Positions 59,576 through 64,000 of a stretch of 64,000 nucleotides of DNA are shown here, in pieces. Origin of the DNA: Desulfatiglandales bacterium (lineage in GTDB: Bacteria; Desulfobacterota; DSM-4660; Desulfatiglandales; Desulfatiglandaceae); the NCBI GenBank assembly GCA_963666345.1, contig OY762721.1, forward strand, positions 1,952,001-2,016,000, given 5' to 3'. The notes beneath the pieces were generated by a model, which did no database searches, was not told the DNA's origin, and worked only from the letters and a program-made list of their open reading frames with translations. The translations under genes were made by a program, and so were the position numbers. Within the stretch, counting starts at the first letter, position 1; every line of letters begins with the position of its first letter.

Positions 59576-60118
59576 TCAGGACGCGGCCTCATTTTGATTC
59601 CCGGCACTACACGCACTCAGATTCAAAGAACTGACTATGAAGTCAGCCACTGCCTCCGCCTGATCAAGGCCGAAGCAGGGGACCTCCGTATCCGGGACGC
59701 TGTCGGAGACCATCGCCATCAGATACTCGTCGTTACCACAGACAGGCCTTTCGCTTATCTCCCGCCTGAAGACCTCTATCTTGTTTATCTTGGCCCGTTT
59801 ATAACCTTCCGCGATGATAATATCCACATCAGGGAAAAACTCCGCCAGTTCATCGGGCCGGCGGTCACAGTCCGTATCCCTTACCATCCCTATTTGAAAC
59901 GGTGAGGCCACCAGAGAGACCCTTGCGCCCGCCTTTTTGAGCCTCCAGCTGTCCTTGCCCGGGATGTCCATGTCAAAACCGTGAGAGTCATGCTTTATAG
60001 TCCCCACCACGAAACCCTTTGCGACAAGACAGGGAATAAGCTTTTCCAGGAATGTGGTTTTCCCGCTTCCGGATGAACCTACTAGTGAAACAACCGGCGG
60101 ATCAGTCAACATCTTCAT
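59576..60118 (-). CDS. mobB: Molybdopterin-guanine dinucleotide biosynthesis protein B
   Basis: GSSGSGKTT, IKHDSHGFDMD.PGKDSWR, IAEGYK. Confidence 0.9.
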   Translation of the reverse strand: MKMLTDPPVVSLVGSSGSGKTTFLEKLIPCLVAKGFVVGTIKHDSHGFDMDIPGKDSWRLKKAGARVSLVASPFQIGMVRDTDCDRRPDELAEFFPDVDIIIAEGYKRAKINKIEVFRREISERPVCGNDEYLMAMVSDSVPDTEVPCFGLDQAEAVADFIVSSLNLSACSAGNQNEAAS

Positions 60119-60476
60119 TTCTTGAACTTCCCTGCTCTTGCGGCCCCGGGCCGAATATGCTGTTGAACAACTCATTTTCCGTCTCAAGGCACCTCTTTTT
60201 AAAAAACCTGTATTTTTCCAAAAGCTCTTTGCCCTCTCTGGTCAGGGATGAACCGCTTCGTCTGTCCGTATCCACGATCCTGAAGTTCAGATATTTTTCA
60301 GTGGCCTTGATCTTTCCCCATACGCCCTTGTATGACATCTTCATCAGCTTGGAGGTTTTGTTTATGGAACCGGTTCTTTCAATATTATCGAGGATTTCCA
60401 TCCTCCCCTCACCCATTATGATCCGGCCGTTTTTATCCACTATCCATTGCCTTGATTTCAGATCAAAAAAGATCAT
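60102..60476 (-). CDS. ModE-like winged-helix regulator (N-terminal domain only)
   Basis: MGEGRMEILDNIERTGSINKTSK.MKMSYK..WGKI. Confidence 0.85.
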   Translation of the reverse strand: MIFFDLKSRQWIVDKNGRIIMGEGRMEILDNIERTGSINKTSKLMKMSYKGVWGKIKATEKYLNFRIVDTDRRSGSSLTREGKELLEKYRFFKKRCLETENELFNSIFGPGPQEQGSSRNEDVD

Positions 60477-60486
60477 ACGCCTCCTC

Positions 60487-62418
60487 CTATATCTCAATCC
60501 AAAATTCACCGCTCTTTGAAGGATCATACCCCCCCAACCCTGATACCCTTTCCTTGAAGCTGTCGGAGCCTACTGTATCGATCAGGAACCTGACATTTTC
60601 CAGTTCCAGATTGGCGCTCGGAATTATCAGATCATACTGCTCGCGCACCACCGGAATAAAATCCAGATCAAGGGCCTTTGCGGCGGCGAATATCCCCATT
60701 CCGCAATCGGCAGCCCCGCTGAGCACATCAACCGCCACGTTCATATGGGTAAACTCCTCCCGATCATACCCGCTGATCGCCGCAGGATCAATACCTAGCT
60801 GATCCAGTTTATAATCAAAAAGGATGCGCGTACCGGAGCCGGCCTGTCTGTTGACAAACGATGCATCCTGATTTACAAGGTCCTCGATACCCCCTATCGC
60901 CTTAGGGTTTCCCTTTGAAACTATAAGCCCCTGATCCCTCAAAACCAGATGAAATATACTGATCCTTGTCCCTTTCAGATATTTCTTGATATAAGAGACA
61001 TTGTACTGACCTGTTTCAGTATCCAGCAGGTGAGAACCGGCAAGGTGGCATATCCCTTTTTTCAGGGCCATGAGTCCTCCCAGACTCCCCACATTGCCCG
61101 ATGACAACCTGATGCTGCTTCCCTTCTGCCTTATTTCATCCCCGATCAGGTCGATGGTGTTGTCGTGACTGCCGATTACAACGATCGTGTTAAGCAGTTC
61201 ATCCTTTCCGACCAGCAGCTCCGCCTCTGATTCCTCATTAACGGAGATCCCCTCTGAAAGGGCGGGTATGCGGATGATCCCCTCGGCCCTTGTAAGGGTC
61301 GTTATGGAGCCTGCGGCCCTGGCAAGCGGGGTGGCTACATAGCCTTTACCCACTCGTCCGATATTTACCCGCAAGAACTCCTCTATCCCGGGCTTGGAAG
61401 GGATATCCCTGCTCACTCGAACCTTCAGGCTTTCACGCTTCGGAGGATCGATCCCCTGCAGCCTGTAAAGCAGCGGTCTTACGAACCGGTCAAAGGACAA
61501 GGTTGAAGATACCGGATATCCGGGATTTCCTACTACCGGTTTTCCATCGACCTTTCCCAGGATGGTCGGCTTCCCCGGCATCATGGCAATCCCGTGGGCA
61601 ATGACATCTCCCATTTTCCCTACGGCATGTACCGTAAAATCCTTACTGCCCGCTGATGAACCGGCGTTTATCATTATTATGTGGGCATCGGAGGCTACCG
61701 CCCCTTTAATCGCTTCCAGGATCTCATCCTCCGAGTCTGGGACGATATCATAGACGACCGGTATGGCGCCGCATTCCCTTACCAGAGATGCAAGCACCTT
61801 TGAATTGTACTCGATTATCTGATTTGCACCGAGCCTGCCGGAATCCTTCAGGTCCTTGTGATTCACCAGCTCGGAGCCGGTCGGTATGACAGCCACCCTG
61901 GGTCTTTGCCACACCCTGACCTGAAAGACACCCGCACCTATCAGGGCTCCGATATCATAAGGCCTGAACAGGTGGTTTTTCGGAAACAGGAGCTGTGTCG
62001 CCACGATATCCTCTCCCACCTTGCGCACATTCTGCCACGGATAGGATGAGGAAAGTATCTCCAGATGCTCGTCATCCACCTGGTGGAGTTTTTCCACCAT
62101 TATAACCGAGTCGTAATTTTCAGGCATTGGCTGACCCGTATTGATCCAGAGGGCGTCCTTTCCTATCTCAAGGACCATCGGGTTTCTCTCGGTGGTACCG
62201 TAGGTCTTGTCGGCCTTTACCGCGATTCCGTCCATTGCGGCTGAATGAAATGAAGGAGTTGAAAGTCTGGCGAAAACAGGCTCCGAAGACACCCTGCCCA
62301 ACGCCTCCTCTGATTCAATCTCCTCCGAATCGATAAGTTTATCGATGTCAAAACTTTCCATGAACAGACCTCTGGCTTCCTCAAGGTCCTTCATATCCAG
62401 GTAAACCTGCCTTTTCAT
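60487..62418 (-). CDS. MoeA fused to periplasmic-binding-protein-like domain
   Basis: AAMDG, PTGSEL, MPGKP, C-terminal GSHD, GSLGGL, NRQAGSGTR. Confidence 0.9.
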   Translation of the reverse strand: MKRQVYLDMKDLEEARGLFMESFDIDKLIDSEEIESEEALGRVSSEPVFARLSTPSFHSAAMDGIAVKADKTYGTTERNPMVLEIGKDALWINTGQPMPENYDSVIMVEKLHQVDDEHLEILSSSYPWQNVRKVGEDIVATQLLFPKNHLFRPYDIGALIGAGVFQVRVWQRPRVAVIPTGSELVNHKDLKDSGRLGANQIIEYNSKVLASLVRECGAIPVVYDIVPDSEDEILEAIKGAVASDAHIIMINAGSSAGSKDFTVHAVGKMGDVIAHGIAMMPGKPTILGKVDGKPVVGNPGYPVSSTLSFDRFVRPLLYRLQGIDPPKRESLKVRVSRDIPSKPGIEEFLRVNIGRVGKGYVATPLARAAGSITTLTRAEGIIRIPALSEGISVNEESEAELLVGKDELLNTIVVIGSHDNTIDLIGDEIRQKGSSIRLSSGNVGSLGGLMALKKGICHLAGSHLLDTETGQYNVSYIKKYLKGTRISIFHLVLRDQGLIVSKGNPKAIGGIEDLVNQDASFVNRQAGSGTRILFDYKLDQLGIDPAAISGYDREEFTHMNVAVDVLSGAADCGMGIFAAAKALDLDFIPVVREQYDLIIPSANLELENVRFLIDTVGSDSFKERVSGLGGYDPSKSGEFWIEI

Positions 62419-63676
62419 AAACCGCCTCCCCTTGTGTCGCTCAGAAGAATGGCCTCAACCTCCTGGTCTTTGTAAAGGCCCTCTGTATTAATATCGATTT
62501 TTACCAGCGCATCGGCCTCCACAAGTGTGGATATAAGGCCCGACTTTCCGAAGACCGGCTCGGCAATGATTCCCTGCCCGTCCCTTATCAGTCTGACCCT
62601 GATATAGTCTTCCCTGCCGGGGGCTGATTCTATGTTTCGCCCCATCTTCGCGGGCACTCTTCGGTCGGATACTCCCGGGATACCTGATCCGCCCGACAAT
62701 ATTGATATCAAAGGTGCCAGTATGACCTTTGCCACTATAAGGGCCGAGCTTACATGCCCCGGGAGCCCGATAACCGGCTTTGAACCGGCCTTGCCTATTA
62801 TCGTCGGTTTACCGGGGCTTATCGAGATCCCGTGGGTCAGCAATTCAAAATCCTTGAGGGTATCAAATACCTTGAGGGTCAAATCCCTTGTGCCCACTGA
62901 ACTGCCCCCCGATATCCAGACCATGTCGGCCATGGAAAGCGCCTTTTCAATCGTGTCTTTCAATGACTCGAAACTGTCCCTGCAAAGCTCGGTGTAAACG
63001 GTCCTCACACCCATGCTCGCACAAAAGGAGGAAAGAGTGTATCTGTTTATATCCCTTACCTGGCCCGGTAATGGTTTTTTGTCGATAGAAACGACTTCGT
63101 CCCCTGTAGAGATTACTGCCACCTCCGGCCTGACATAGAGATCGACTTCCGACCTTCCGAGCCCCGCCATGACACCGATATCCTGGGGACGAATAACATC
63201 TCCCCTTTTTAATACTGTTTCTCCTTTTTTTACATCGTCATCCGGTTGGATAACGTTTTCAAGGGGCGAGACCGCGCGGCTTATCTCAAGCGTATCCTCA
63301 TCCAGGATATGACAGTACTCAACCATTACAACCGCATCGGCTTCTTCGGGAAGCATTCCTCCAGTGGAGATCTTTACCGCCCCGCCCTTTGGAACGGGTC
63401 TTGCGGGCTTCCGTCCCATGAGAACTTCGCCTGCGATCTCAAAGAAGGCCGGAAGGCTCTCAGCGGCTCCAAAGGTATCCCTTGACCTTACCGCGTAACC
63501 GTCCATCGTGGATCTGTAAAAACCGGGCATATCATCATCGGCTGCCAGATCCCTGCTCAGGATCCTGCCCAGGCGTCTTCTATCGGAACTGATTCCTCAC
63601 CCAGCGGCCCGAATCGGTCTTTCATTATCTCAAAAACCTGAGCAGGCCTTTTTAACTTGAAAAAACTTTCCATCAT
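62415..63676 (-). CDS. moeA: Molybdopterin molybdenumtransferase MoeA with apparent 1-nt frameshift near 63572
   Basis: STMDGYAV, STGDEV, SGGSSVG, PGKP; N-terminus MMESFFKLKRP...SVPIEDA lies in another frame from GRILSRDL. Confidence 0.85.
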
Positions 63677-64000
63677 TCACCTGTTTTAACCGATAATATA
63701 CTAGAAAGAATCATATTTGACATAAGGAATATGTCACAAGGGATATAGCACTGCAATAAAAAACTGGCCTAGGTTTATGACAATTCCTTATTTTTCAGGC
63801 TTTCATGAGGATTAACTCCCATGTTTGAGGCAGAAAACCGCGGCCTGAATAATTATTCGGCGCATTCGCAAAAAATACCGCTCATGGACCCCTCCCGAGG
63901 TGTAACCGCTGGACTTTTTATAAAACAGTCATATTTTATTGCCTGAGGCATGATCATTCAGGCCTTCATATATCTTTCAGGGCCTTTCATAAACAGAACC

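Overview
Bacterial chromosome segment, probably Desulfobacterota/deltaproteobacterial (inferred from gene content only). Bases 1-33.6 kb are a large, mostly minus-strand surface-polysaccharide locus. It has export genes (YjbH/GfcD-like, YjbE-like, SLBB export protein, Wzz-like, Wzx), nucleotide-sugar enzymes (Ugd, UXS, WbpB-WbpD fusion, GalE, NDP-sugar dehydrogenase plus a decayed duplicate, WbpP-like epimerase, Asn-synthetase-like protein), CysC and an EPS-type MarR regulator. It also contains a complete IS21-family element with a 7-bp target duplication. Bases 34-64 kb are largely housekeeping: waaA, LemA/TPM operon, molybdopterin oxidoreductase, FadH-like, NamZ, ClC, tol-pal, and mobB/modE/moeA genes. 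The most striking feature is an unannotated ~100-110 bp structured repeat. Fourteen co-oriented copies (some partial) lie between 8.5 and 19.5 kb, bracketing small cargo units (four toxin-antitoxin pairs, a GxxExxY nuclease-like gene, cysC and a block with a 3x148-aa repeat secreted protein) like a cassette array. Four more copies are dispersed at 36-59 kb. The repeat's hairpin shows compensatory changes, a strand-biased G-U wobble and a full stem swap around a conserved loop. No integrase or cas gene is present. No tRNA, rRNA or CRISPR array was recognised.
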